From positions 197,718,001 through 197,782,000 of the forward strand of contig OX597815.1 of assembly GCA_951406725.2 (NCBI GenBank): a stretch of 64,000 nucleotides of DNA, in the 5' to 3' direction. Both the position numbers and the translations under genes were made by a program. Shown piece after piece: positions 25,672-38,819 of this stretch. Under the pieces are notes generated by a model. The model searched no databases and was not told where the DNA came from. It saw only the letters and a program-made list of their open reading frames with translations. How positions within the stretch are numbered: the first letter of the stretch is position 1; each line of letters opens with the position of its first letter. The stretch comes from Octopus vulgaris. Its lineage: Eukaryota.

Positions 25672-25770
25672 GAAATGTAGGTCAGCTAAAGGCTAATTCA
25701 GTACAGTTACCGTGTATGTGTGTATGTGTGTGTGTGTATATATATACACAATATATACACACACACATAG
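25358..25770. repeat. Compound microsatellites (TATG)n/(CA)n/(TA)n
   Basis: Direct reading. Confidence 0.9.
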
Positions 25771-25775
25771 GCGTA

Positions 25776-26015
25776 CTAGGGTCAATACATTACAGCCGTT
25801 TCAAGCGGCTCCATTTAATAGATTAATGAAAATATTACGTGAGTTTGAATGAAAGTGTTCTCGTCAGATGATTTAGAGGTATACTAAATATATGTACCAC
25901 TAATTCGAATACCCCTTATATTCGATGCTATATTTTACAATGTCTCATACTTATACTGTTTTCATTAATCAATTAAATGGAACAGCTTGAAACGGTCGTA
26001 ATGAATTGACACATG
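25776..26015. mobile_element. MITE with ~55-60 bp TIRs and TA flanks (Tc1/mariner-type)
   Basis: 25781-25834 vs reverse complement of 25957-26010, about 47/54 matches; TA at 25774-25775 and 26016-26017. Confidence 0.8.
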
Positions 26016-27613
26016 TATATTATTTTTACTTATTCTGATCATCTAAATCAGAATCTGCTGTTCGGAAATACTAGAGAAGGTAACTGTATAAAATTTACAT
26101 GTCTGAATTACGAAGAGCAGATATCTTCACTTAGCTGGGTTGCGTTTTCTGCACAAACGACAAAATTATTAGGTACAGATACCCCTGCACGGAGTCTTGA
26201 TATTCTGTATTCAAATAGTAGTGTTGGGATGTGCAGATTATACCGAACGCGAAAGGGGCCTAAATTTAAGTACCTAAGTTAACTGAATCTCAGTTACACA
26301 CACTCACACATACATACACACACACACACACATACACACACATGAACACGAACACACACGTATATATATATGCAGAGTTGCCTCCAGTAAGTTTATAGCT
26401 ACTATAGTAAAAGGCAACCTTGATATGTGTTATCTACATGTTAAACATGTTTAAAATCTCTAAACTGAAAGAATCTTCGTCTCACTATTCTGTGCACGTC
26501 TGCTAGTCAGTATTACTGACTTTTCTCATTCAGGCATGGATTTTTATGCTGCTGTCCGTCTTCACTCAATACTCTTTTCAGTTTTTTTCAATGGTCTTAC
26601 TCGTAACTTTCTATCAAGTTATGTATGTTTGTACTATATATCTGCTTTATAAGAAAAGAACGAGACATTCAGCAATCAGATTTAGATATTATATTTTGAG
26701 TGTTTGTTTCGACACTTGTCCTAATTTACTTGTATGGCATAAGACATTTGATAGGAAAATGTTTGTTCTTCGTATAAGTCCAACACTGGAATAAATGCGT
26801 TTCGTATATTTGGCTGTGCTTATTACAATGAAGTTATTTCGCCTGTGTATGGCTTTCAGGTGCTTTAACCCCCAACCTAATCAGGGAATCACCATAGAGG
26901 ACCTATACAGTAAGGAACTAGCGAACAAACGAAGTACATTATATGAGTAGTTATCTGCGATATACTATTATATAATTAAGTACAGACAACCAGAGGCTAA
27001 ATATTCAAAGATCTTCTATATAGAGTGTCATCAGGAAATGAGGAAACATTCTTAAAGTTATTTACGTAACTAAATAATGTGATTGCGAACGTCGTCAATC
27101 AACTCTTTAGTATCAACAAGTTTGAAATTTTGAGTAATATACACGATGTTAGATTCAATCTACTAAACAAGTTCAGTAAACATTTTTGGCATGTTCCAAA
27201 ATACCAAAATAAATGACCATTAATAATTCTGTTTACGTTGCTGCAAATATTCAATTCTATTTTCGTTATTCCAGATTTTTCGATGACAAAAATAACGAAT
27301 CATTTCTATAACATTTCGTTTTATTTTTCTTCTTTTTTACTTTACTAATATCACTTCATTATCCAGTCTCGTATCTTCTGTTTTGCGTTTTGAATGCGAT
27401 ATACATAGCAACATCTGAAAATTTTACTGATTCATATTCAAAAACAAAAGACATATTACCTTTATGTATATTTTAACTTGCGGCGATATTTCCACTTTTG
27501 GCAATTTTGTAATTCAAAGTAATGCGTATGTATATGTAAACATATGAATATATAGACACAGTCATATATACATACATACACATATACATACATACATACA
27601 TACATACATACAT

Positions 27614-27644
<31 letters not shown>

Positions 27645-27985
27645 TATATATATACATATATATATATTATTGAACATTGGGAGGGGCTTTATGCCAGTAA
27701 CAGAAATTCTAACTATATATATATATATATCGAAACGTAGAGTAGATGAAACCATAGCGACTGAAGAAGGGTTTTTTTCTTTTTTTTCTATGTGTTAATT
27801 GTCCTGTACTCTATTTTTTTGTTGTTTAAAAAAATGTCCAGTTCCTTGGGTTTGTGTCTATGTTTTCGTTTCTCATTGTGTCCGATGTCTTTTTGGTGTC
27901 CTGTACTCACACATGCGTGTATATGTACATGTAGAGGTAGCTACGTACATATATGTTTATATATATGCATATGTTTTATTTATTA

Positions 27986-28022
<37 letters not shown>

Positions 28023-28684
28023 GTAAGTATGTATATAAGTATGTATAGTTGAAATTTACAAAAGTCAAAAGACAAAGACAGATGTATGAGTGTACGTGCG
28101 TATATTTGCGTGTCATATATGCTCTCAATTTAGGGAAATTAGGAAAATGTTTTGTTCTTGTATTTGCGTCACTCGATCGCTTGTGTCCATGCGTTAACAA
28201 CACACTGCGGGGATTTTAAAGATAGTACTTCCCGAAGGACGTACTTCAATCTGGTTCATATTTTATAGATGAGGTTTTTACGATTTTCTTTTCACTCAAA
28301 AAAAAAGAAGAAAGGAATCAATTCACTGCTTAGCCGTAACGTTAATAGCGATGAAGCCTAACTCATTATTGATCCACTTTGAACATCGGGAATAAAAAAT
28401 CTGTGATATAGGTAAAAATCGAATAGAAATTACAGCCAGATGGTGGTATGGAAAGCATAAATAGAAGCTGAGATTAGAGTCATGCATTCATTCTGTATAC
28501 GGCAGGAGTGATAAGAGGAAAAGCAACAGGTAGGACAGCTGTGGAGAAAATAGGCGCAAGAAAAAGGGATGTGAAAAAAAATCTAGTTATCAAGAAAAGG
28601 AGATATTTAAGAATTTGACTAAAATTTATTTATTTAGCTCTTTGATTTGGAGAATCATCATGTACAAAACAAAATATAGGGCAC

Positions 28685-28788
28685 CCTAGGCATAACACCA
28701 ACATGAACTTCCAACTTGCTGTCACTTGAGGTCTCTGGGCGAGACTTGGATCCAACTTGTATAAATGTAAGGCAAAAGCCAAACGTAA

Positions 28789-28838
<50 letters not shown>
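28685..28838 (+). mobile_element. Probable R4/Dong-type LINE 3' UTR with (AAT)n tail
   Basis: TTGAGGTCTCTGGGCGAGACTTGGATCC followed by (AAT)n. Confidence 0.5.
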
Positions 28839-28839
<1 letters not shown>

Positions 28840-28847
28840 TTTTTAAA

Positions 28848-29365
28848 TTTTATTTTATCTAGTTTCAGCTCAAGAGCTGTGCCCATGCTGGGGCACCGCC
28901 ATTTGGTGTTGCTGCATGATTTTACTTCACGAATGCTTTTTAGCAATTGCCATTTGGTGCCTGAGAGAGTTCGATGCAGCTGCCCTCATCTGCACCTCCT
29001 GGTTCATCTGGGACACCTGACATGAAGTAGTGGGGAGCATCATGCCATGTGTTGAGAGGGATTCTTTGGGGTTTGAATAGTTCACCTCTGGAAACATCGG
29101 TGGTTCTTTCAACATCCTTAAACAACCCTTATTCAGGGACCGTTTGAGCGGGATGGGTTACTCGATCTGAAGAAAATTCTAACTGGGCTCCACCTGCAAG
29201 GTCATGTGCTGTTTATCTTGATAAGAGATCACCATGTCGCGCACATATGGTTGTGATGCATGTGCCTGGTGTACCCTTATCAGACAGGTAGTCATGATGG
29301 GTATACTGGGCTTCGTATATTTTACCCCAGTGTCACTTTGATGGCATGCTCTGCTCGCTCACTCA
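28848..29365 (-). mobile_element. Internally deleted non-LTR element (possibly R2-group/HERO-like) sharing its 3' tail with SINE family A
   Basis: Minus 3' end GGCGGTGCCCCAGCATGGGCACAGCTCTTGAGCTGAAACTAGATAAAA; flanked by (AAT)n. Confidence 0.6.
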
Positions 29366-29391
29366 ATAATAATAATAATAATAATAATAAT

Positions 29392-30030
29392 ATGTGTAAT
29401 TCTCATATAGTAAGTAAACGTAGTATGCTGGCAGAGAAAGAATACGAAAAAAGACATGACAATCTAGGGAGAGCAATCCACTGGGAGCTATAAAAAAATC
29501 TAGGATTTGAACACACTGATAAATGGGTATGAACTTGAACCTAGTACAGTACTAGACAGTAAGAAATATTAGATGTTGTGGGATTTTAGCATTCAGACTC
29601 ACACAAGTAACAAAAGCTAGGAAGCCTGATTTGGTAGTAGTACATAATGGTAGTAGATAAAGTGAATAGTGCCAGACAATTGAATTTATAGTCCCAAAAG
29701 ATGAAACAATTAATATGAGAAGTATAGAAAAAATAGCAAAGTGACAAGACCTAGTTATTGGATTACAGAGACTATGGAAAGTGTGGGTAGAATGTATGCC
29801 AGAAATTATAGGTGCATTGGGAACAATCCCTAAAAATCTGAACCGATGGCTAGAGGAAATAGGCGAAAACCTAGTTTAGTGCATCTTCAGAAAACATCGT
29901 CGTTAGGGACAGCTAGAATAATTAGGAGGGTTCTTGGCATCTAAGGTTACTTGTTGTAGCCCGATGTTAGAATTCTTTCCTTTTCCAAGTCTAATCTGTT
30001 GAGTGTATATGAAAATAATAATAATAATAA
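29392..30030 (+). mobile_element. R4/Dong-clade LINE 3' fragment (zinc-knuckle remnant and restriction-like endonuclease)
   Basis: HIVS...LAEKEYEKRHDNLGRAIHWEL, WDFSIQT, ARKPDLVVV, IIGALGTIPK, LGTARIIRRVL; (AAT)n on both sides. Confidence 0.88.
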
Positions 30031-31159
30031 TTACAATACACAAATAAGCATACATACATATCTATATCTATTTCTATCAATATGTGTGTGAATGTATGCA
30101 TGAATATATATGCATAATGCATATTTTTATACACACAAACACATATATATGTCTCTATGTATGTTGCGCCTGCAGGTTTTGTTCCTGTTGTGTCTGGTCC
30201 AGCGTTCTAGTAATCTGTATTCAAGCTTAATATGTCAGTTTGTGTGTGTATGTTTGTGTGTCTGAGTACATATGTAAATGTATGTATATATATGTATGTA
30301 TGTACGAATGTATCTATCTATATAGCATATTAATGATCAGATCATACAGATCATAACCTCATAATTTCTAAAATATAATTTTTTTTTTTTATATGAAAAC
30401 TATATATCTCTGCTAAAATCTTCTGTTCAAAAAAATATTGTCTTCAAGGAAAGATAAAAGAACTAATAGTCTATACTGAAAGTCTAATTTTTTTTTTTCC
30501 TGAAATCTCATCGATTTTATAAAACATGAAATATAAATGATTAATCGGTTTCTGATGTCGGCCGAACAACAATGAACAAATATACTCTGGTAAATGTACA
30601 TTTTCAGCTGTATTACAGCAGACACCAACATCTGTGCTTTTTCTGATCTGCCATTATTTGTCTTCTCATTATTTGAATCATATTGTTAGGAATTCAAATA
30701 TCGTTTGTCTCTATTTGTTGTAAGAAATATTGGTTTAGTTGGTTCGAATTGATACGTTATTATTCGCGTTTTGGTTTTGTTTCTTTTGTTAAATTTGCAT
30801 ATAATTCATTGGATTTCAAAATACCTACACAGCTACAAATCAATAGTTATTGGATAAAGATTATCTTGAATTTATTATTTTAGCTACATCTTTACTTCTA
30901 CAGAGATTCGTGATTTTATATGATCGTAAAATGTTACCTATAAAAGCTATATGTTAATATAAGTATATTCTGTATTGCACGTTATCTGAATGCTGCTATC
31001 AGAATTTCTCATCTCGTACGCCTGTGTATATTTAGGATGTAAATATTTATGCTGATATTATGCTGATTTTCAGGGATTTGTTTAGATATAACAGCGTGTT
31101 GGCACATTTCCGTTTATATTGTAATGTTTGTAGTGCAGTACCAATGAAGTCTTTCTTTT

Positions 31160-32280
31160 TCGAGGACTCTGAGAGACATATGAAGAGCTGAGGCTCGAAT
31201 ACATGCAACAGAGTGAACCGTGTTAAAACACTCCAGAAATTGTAATATTCTTAAATCGGCCAAGTGTGTTACCAAATATTAAGTCTTCAACAAGAATTCA
31301 GGACACAAGAATGAGAAAGAAATCCTACAGTACCTTAAACACGATACACCAGTAATATCCCTTCCACACTGCCACAACTGTTACCTATTTTTTGAACCAG
31401 GTAGGATAAACATAAAAAGAAAAAAATTGACTTTGCCAAAACCTCAATACACAACATAAAGAATACATCATGCAATCTGATATACCACCTAATTCGATAT
31501 TATGATAGTTTTTCTCTACTAGGATGTCGTTCTGTACATCCAGCAATGGCATCGCATTAATTATATGCTGTCCCCAGTCGGTCATTCCTAGACATATTTA
31601 ATGCGTCTGACTGTGACTTAAGTTAAGTATAGTGGAATTATTTTACATGAATATTTATATAAAGATACATATACAGAGAAACACACACACGCACACACAC
31701 ATATTTGAATACATTTATATATATTTTTTTACATTTTTATCATGTTTATTCCTATTTTTATTTTCAGATTTTTTTACCTTTTACTTTTATTTTTCTATTT
31801 CTATTTTTACTTTATAACCTTATGCCTTTACATTTATTTATATTTCTTTATATTTCTTTATATTCTTTATACCCCCTTTACATCTCCTTATATCCCTTTA
31901 TATCTTTATACTCTACATTTTTATATTTTCTATACTTACACTTTTTATACATTTTTTATCCCTCGTCCCGAATTCTCGCCCCTCCATCTTCACCTCTATA
32001 TATGTATTTATTTATTTACATTACCTCAACATCCAATTTTCCTCATTCTACATTGAGAGAAGAAAGAGATGGACGCTTCAATTATATGCTGCTGCCGCAT
32101 TATGTCGTACGTGGATGAGAGGATTTGCATCCCCAACCAAGAATTTTTGATGTAACACATGTCCTTGTGGAAGCTGTTGTGCGCGGCTGAAGAAGGCCAC
32201 AGACATACATTATGCATTGTTATAAATGTGTCTAATAAAGGCCCGAAACATATGTACCGCTGAATCCTTCGCATCATGTA
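31160..32280 (+). mobile_element. PLE 3' remnant with hammerhead-bearing termini
   Basis: Weak GIY-YIG-proximal remnant (FCTSSNGIALIICC); pyrimidine-rich UTR; hammerhead motif at 32183-32260 and a broken one near 31167-31214. Confidence 0.55.
32183..32260 (+). ncRNA. Type I hammerhead ribozyme motif with extended stem II
   Basis: GCGG-CUGAAGA-AGGCC...GGCCC-GAAAC-AUAU-GUA-CCGC; perfect 4-bp stem I, palindromic helix III. Confidence 0.75.
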
Positions 32281-32299
32281 TATATATATATATATATAT

Positions 32300-33452
32300 A
32301 TTTGATGGTTTCGGGGAAGTACGAATTATTGTGTAAGTAAACTGTAATATCTAAAAAGTTGGCCTTCGTTACATCATCATCAAAAACGGTGCTTAAGCCC
32401 ATTCTACGGTGAAACTTAACTAAACTATTCTCCACTTTTTGTACATTTTGGTCGGAAACATTTTGAAGGTAAAGTAAACAATTATCACGATATAGACCTC
32501 CATTTATGTTTGGGAACTGTTGTGCCATTTTAAAAAGTATATGTATATATATGTATGTATATATATATATATATACAGACTAAATCAGCTATATGTGCTG
32601 AATCGGAACTTCCCATTGTAACATCAAAACCATCTGCTGTGTCTTTACGGACTCACAAATTATTGGTCAAATTTTATGATAGATTTTCCGGCGGCCAACA
32701 CAACATTAATTTCTTCCTTGGTGAGACCAGTTTTGTTATGAGCAAGCCAAAGGGGCTTATTAATTACTGTTGTGTTGATGGATGAATAAAAACTAGAAAT
32801 GTCAAACTGGATAAACTTAGTGTTCCTCTTATTATTAATAGAACTAAACCAAACGACGACTTGGAATGAATTGAACCATAAACTAAGTTTTAATTTTTTT
32901 AATTAATGTCGGAACGACAGATAAGACTTAAGAATGGGTTATTAAAAAAATTTTGTTCGTGATCTTTTAAAATAAACCAAGGTTGCTCAGGATCAAGTGG
33001 TTCTGCCTTCATTTGTAAGTTATACTTCTCCATAATTTTCATAGCCTCAATGTTGGCGTTCTTGAGTACACTTTTATCGACAATTCTATAGTTTTTTCTG
33101 AATTTCTTTTTTAGGTGATTCCAAATAATAGTCCTTGTTAAGTTTGTACATATTTCCCATTTAATCCGATTGAACCAGCATACTATCCATGGTATTAATT
33201 TCCTTGGTGATATTGTGAAGATACCTCAGACGTATACTTTTTGTACATTTTGGTCGGAAAATTTTATATTTCTCACAATGGACCAAAGATTATCACGATC
33301 ATAGACCTCCATTTATGTTTGGTTGAACTATTTTGTGATTTAAATAATTTGTTAAATTCAGAGGGTTATATCATTAGTGTGTTGTTGAATGTCCTTGTTG
33401 TCAAATAAAAGCCTGAGCCATCTGATACGGTTGATAAAGGAATTTGTCTTGT

Positions 33453-33488
<36 letters not shown>

Positions 33489-34200
33489 CTTCAGTAATGT
33501 AGTAAGGTGTATATTGCATGCCATATTTGGAGATATTCTACTTAAGTATTCTTTATGAATTTACGTAAATTTCGAAACGTTGCAGTCATGCCAACAAAAG
33601 TAGCTTATTAATTACTATTGTGTTGATGGATGAATAAAAACTAGAAATGTCAAACTGGATAAACTTAGTGTTCCTCTTATTATTAATAGAACTAAACCAA
33701 ACGACGACTTGGAATGAATTGAACCATAAACTAAGTTTTAATTTTTTAATTAATGTAGGAACGACAGATAAGTCTTAAGAATGGGTTATTAAAAAAAATT
33801 TGTTCGTGATCTTTTAAAATAAACCAAGGTTGCTTAGGATCAAGTGGTTCTACCTTCATTTGTAAGTTATACTTCTCCGTAATTTTCATAGCCTCAATGT
33901 TGGCTTTCTTGAGTACATGCATGCGTGTACGTGTGCGTGTGTGTTTGTGTGTGTGTGATGTGGTTTAACATTCCAAATAATAGTCCTTGTTTAGTTTGTA
34001 CACATTTCCCATTTAATCCGATTGAACGAGCATACTATCCATGCTATTAATTTCCTTGGTGATATTGTGAAGATACCTCAGACGTATATCTCTTAGCGTT
34101 GATCGGGGACATTTTATATTTCTCACAATGGACCAAAGATTATCCTCAAACTGCTTCAATCTAGTGTTAGGTGGAGGATTATTTTTAGATTTAAACTTTC
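32300..34200 (-). pseudogene. Rearranged PLE reverse transcriptase fragments (Naiad-like)
   Basis: GLYRDNCL..NFLDITVYL (32310-32528), FIQFDISSFYSSI, WFILKDHEQNFFNNP, SFINRIRW; ~540 bp duplicated (32756-33295 and 33603-34144). Confidence 0.85.
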
Positions 34201-34299
34201 ACTTCATTTGTATGCAGCACGCATTAGCTTTTCAGTAGCTACATGTAAATATTTATATATTTGTATATATGAAATCATTAGCGTAATAAATAATGACAT

Positions 34300-36517
34300 A
34301 TTATTTTTAGAAAATAAATGAGTTTATTAAGATAAGAATCATCCTTATTATTCTACAAAGTATGAATACTTAAAAAATGGGTCAGGCAAATCAGACCAAG
34401 TTAGAAAAACTGTTAGAAATATTGTGATTTGGATTTCCTGCAGTGTTCCTGATCTGGTACATTACGGTAAAGTGTCCAGCAGTAGTCAGTCAGCATACTG
34501 TCATTCCATAAGCCTTCACCACGTTCTTCATACACTGCTCCAAATTTATCTGCAAAGAAATCCAGATGGGTGTCCAAGAATTGAACTTTCAATGACATGC
34601 AACTACCCATTGCTGAGTAAAATTTCAGAAGATTCTTGATGCCATTCTTGTACTTGTAGTCCATCGCATTCTTGTTGCCAAAGAAATTTTCCCAGATTTG
34701 ATTAAAAGCATTGTGAATTCTTGGTCATCCAGTGTTGTCTTGAAGTGGACATCTTTGAGTACTTCTCTAATTTGCGGTCCGACAAAGATACCCTCTTTCA
34801 ACTTCGCCTCTGTGACTTTCGAAAACATTTCTACAATATGCTCAAACCCTCTGGCATTTCCCTTCCCTAGTGTCTTTACAAACTGTTTCATCACTCTAAG
34901 TGTAATGTGCAAAGGAAGCAATAGGATATTACATGGGGCGACAAAAGGTGTATTCTTGACGCTAGACTGTCCTGGCTGGTATGATGTTCTTGTTTGCCAG
35001 TTTGATCCCGAATAATGTCTATCAATTGCCTGACTATCCCACAGACACAAGAAACAACAGTATTTTGTGAAAACTGACTGCATTCCCATTAACATTCCAA
35101 TGACTTTTAAATCTCCACATATTTTCCATGAGTATCTTTCATAGGCGATGACATGAAGTAAAAGTTCCATATTGTCATAAGATTCATAAAGAGGAACGGA
35201 GTGCAAAATAAGTATGGAGGGTTTCAAATTAACATTATAGTGAAGTACAGCTTTTACCATATTCTCATAAGATTCATAAAGAGGAACGGAGTGTAAAATA
35301 AGTATGGAGGGTTTCAAATTAACATTACGGTTTTGAAGAGTCAATAACCAAACGCCTCTCTGCAGGATCATATTCTTGTGATAAACATTCGAAGACTCCA
35401 TCGATGTTACTGCAAAAGCAAAGCGGACCTTCAACAGAAAAACACGTTTGTAGAACCGTATTTCGCTGCCGAAAATAAGTTATACGAACACTATGCTGTA
35501 GTAGATACTTCTCTTTCAGTCTTGATGCCAACAGTTGTGCTTTATCTTTTAAGAGGGATAGGTCTCTGACAAGGTCATTCATTTCAGCTTGTGAAAATTT
35601 CTGAGGTTCGAAGCTATCGTCATCAGCCACGTGATCTTCTTCAGCAGCACTATCGTGACACTCATCATCATCATCTGATAAGTTCAATACCATCGTCTGG
35701 TGGGACTGCAGTTAGGAGACTTCCATTGTGAGGCACAGGTCTCATAGCAGAATCGAAATTGGGGTACACAATTTTGTGTTTCTTCTTCATAGAAAATCCC
35801 GTGGCATTTAGTTTGCAAAAACAACAGTCATTAAAATTGTTTTTTGGCTCCCTCCATAACATTGGAATAACAAACGGCATGGACTTCTTATTATTGAGCC
35901 AGTCTTGTAAACCATTTGAACTAGCGGAGCAGATAAAATGTGCTTCCCATAACCTGTCCTGATCTCCGAGAGGAGAGCCAAAGTATAACTTATAAACCTA
36001 CTCGATCTCTGGTATAATTGTATGTTTTTGAGTCTTCGCAATAAATTGTCCACAGACATAACACAACACCAGGAAGATTTTTACACTGTCTTGACATTGT
36101 TAACATGGTAAAACAAGTAAGGTAATAGATACAAACGGTTATACTTATATTGAATTTGAGATGATGAAATATTTCACAGGTCAATTACGTCTGGACAATT
36201 TGAGGTGTAGAAATACCTATTTCATCAGACAAAACTTGATTTGTTAATTTACGATGATGAAATATTGCAACTGAACTATGCAGCAATGAATAATGTAGTT
36301 TATTTTAAAGCTATGTTTCCATGGTGTAAATAAAATACATGCATGCTTGTCATAAATTGTAGTTTTCTATATAATGCATGAGCTAAAACCAAAAAGTATT
36401 CTCTTCTTGAAAGCTGTACGTGATGTTAAAAACTAATTGTATATTTGAAATCAGCATTAAAATCTAAACTAAGTACACCTTGGCATATGCTTGATAAAAC
36501 ATATTTATGGACCAGTG
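34300..36517 (-). mobile_element. Chapaev3-like DNA transposon; one terminus preserved
   Basis: Right end GACCAGTG|TAA, i.e. CACTG terminus with a TWA target; left terminus not found, so the start is approximate. Confidence 0.7.
34413..36097 (-). pseudogene. Chapaev3-like (CMC superfamily) transposase pseudogene
   Basis: PMLWREPKN..DCCFC, YPNFDSAMRPVPH, NDLVRDLSL, IDSSK, WKICGDLKVI, TKYCCFLCLWDS, LLPLHI.L..MKQFVK, AKLKEGIFVGPQIR, FLDTHLDFF; several frameshifts. Confidence 0.85.
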
Positions 36518-37732
36518 TAATTTTTGATAGCTGAATATGCGTATACAGTGTTACAAGAATACAAAATAGAAACAGCGGCAGTAACAAACGTACGACGAAC
36601 CAACAATTATTTACGAAACAACACACTAATTCGAACAGTAAATTGTACCTGGACTTCGAAGACCAAACTACGAATTACCGACTACATCAGACCGCTACTG
36701 TTTATATATAGTGGTCCAATCTATTCTCATCAGAGGCTGTCGTACGCTCACCACAACACAAACATAGGCATAGATCGCTCTGGTCAACGGCCAGTAAAAT
36801 CCGGTCAAGACAATTCGTGAATAGCAACAGTAGCAACAGCAGCAGAAGAAGCAGCAGTAGCTGCAGCAGCAGCCCTGTAGCTGTTGACCAGACAATTTGC
36901 TGCTGGAAAGACAAGGCTGCATTAGTTTTGAAGGTGACAGTAGCTATCGTTAAGCGTGTTCCAATTTGATAGACTCAAGAGAAATGTATAGATCAGTACC
37001 CGTTCCTTTATATAACATTAGTGGATTATATAAATCCATCAGACATAGATAAAAAATATAATTTTTATTTCCGTAGTGATCTTGCGTAATCCTTTTGTTT
37101 ACTCACGTTAGGGTATATACTGCACTAAATTATGATGGCATGCTGGCTAGTATTAGGAGAAACTAAGAGTTGTATGTATCATTTTCTCTTATAATAGTGA
37201 TAAATCCTTTGTGTCATAGCGTCTGCTCTTTCTAATATCCTATTTTGTGCAGCGCTGCAAGAGACTTTAGGACAATATCTGCCTGAAATTAATATTACGT
37301 TCAGATATGTGAGAAAATTTCATGAAGTTCGCGGATTGCAAGGAAACAAAAAATATTAGACAAATGAGTATCTATGAATCATTACACAAATGATTTCAAT
37401 AAATTATTTCAATATCAACACTACAGAAACCGTAGCAGTAAGTGAACCTATCGTAACTGATGCACAGTGGAGTGAAATTAAGGGGATTTTTCCGGAATAT
37501 GGTGGAAACATTTGTCTATCTTGGAAGTTAAGTTCTCTGGCCTCAAGTAGCTACATGAGACCTGAAATGACACCACGCAATAGCAACGTATGGATTTCGG
37601 AAAAGTGTTGTACAGAGGATTCGAGAGGCCAGTTTTTTGCATAGATATCAAAATACAATATATTGATCACCAAACATCTACATCATCGCCAAATATCTAC
37701 AGTGTTGCTATAACATGGACAGAATGCCACAT

Positions 37733-37953
37733 GGTGGCGAGCTGGCAGAAACGTTAGCACGCCGGGCGAAATGCGTAGCCGCATTTCGTTTGTCGTTACG
37801 TTCTGAGTTCAAATTCCGCCGACGTCGACTTTGCCTTTCATCCTTTCGGGGTCGATAAATTAAGTACCAGTTACGCACTGGGGTCAATATAATCGACTTA
37901 ATCCCTTTGTCTGTCCCCTCCATGTTTAGCCCCTTGTAGGCAATAAAGAAATA
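37733..37953 (+). mobile_element. SINE family B (tRNA head plus Deu/Nin domain), full length
   Basis: GGCGAGCTGGCAGAA A-box, GAGTTCAAATTCC B-box, GCCTTTCATCCTTTCGGGGTCGATAAATTAAGTACC domain. Confidence 0.92.
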
Positions 37954-38762
37954 TATCATGATAAAGATCTTCATATTTTTCATATGTCCTGTATAACAGA
38001 AGGTCTAAACACAAAGTGGTAGGAAAAATTTAATATACATTCCAATGCATCCAGAATGATTTTATTGCTAATCAAATCCAGCGTCGTCGAGCCTAATACA
38101 ATCACTTCTGAGATTTAAAATCCCAGAAAATAGTTAAATTAAACTACCCATATTTGGAAATATTTCGGATACGAATTTGACAATAGCGACATCAAATGTT
38201 TTATCCCCATACATTCAGTATACTTGAGAATCCAAATTTATAACTAGGGTAGTATCACTACGTGTACCACCAAAATCATATATGTGCTATTGAAAAAATG
38301 TGTATCTGTGAAGATTTGACAAGAAAAGGATTTCATATTCTCAGAAAACACATTACCAACAAATTCAAATGTAGAGAGGTTTTACTATATCTTCAATGGA
38401 ACAAGAAAAAGGCGAAAGAGTCACTGACATACTGGAAGAAAGAATTTTAGCCTCTCATAAAACCTATAATTTTTGAGGTTGCAGTGTATATAATGTATTT
38501 GTTTTAGATTTTTGCGCACAATTATTTTACTTAAAGAACCATCATTAAATTTCATATTTTACCTGCATTTAATGGGTGTTTTTTGGATGGGGGTGGCGAA
38601 GGAGGAAAGAGCGCACGCAATTTAATTTATCTCAGCACTTGATGGTAATTTATTTTATGAATCCTTGCAGGATTCGGCCCAAGAGAATTTGGACTCAGAA
38701 TATAAATAAATGCAATTTACCCTGCAGGGCATTTTTGTTCTCATATCAACTCACATAGTAGT

Positions 38763-38763
38763 G

Positions 38764-38819
<56 letters not shown>

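Noticed and set aside
27730-27780. Hammerhead at GAAACGTA...CTGAAGAAGGG
   Set aside because: The core halves do not close into paired stems; at most a fragment
34625-35434. 269-aa ORF as an intact or domesticated gene
   Set aside because: It is a fragment of a frameshifted transposase with substitutions in conserved motifs
37390-37644. 84-aa ORF MISINYFNINTTETVAVSEP...
   Set aside because: No recognisable family and no clear splice context; cannot be supported without a database search
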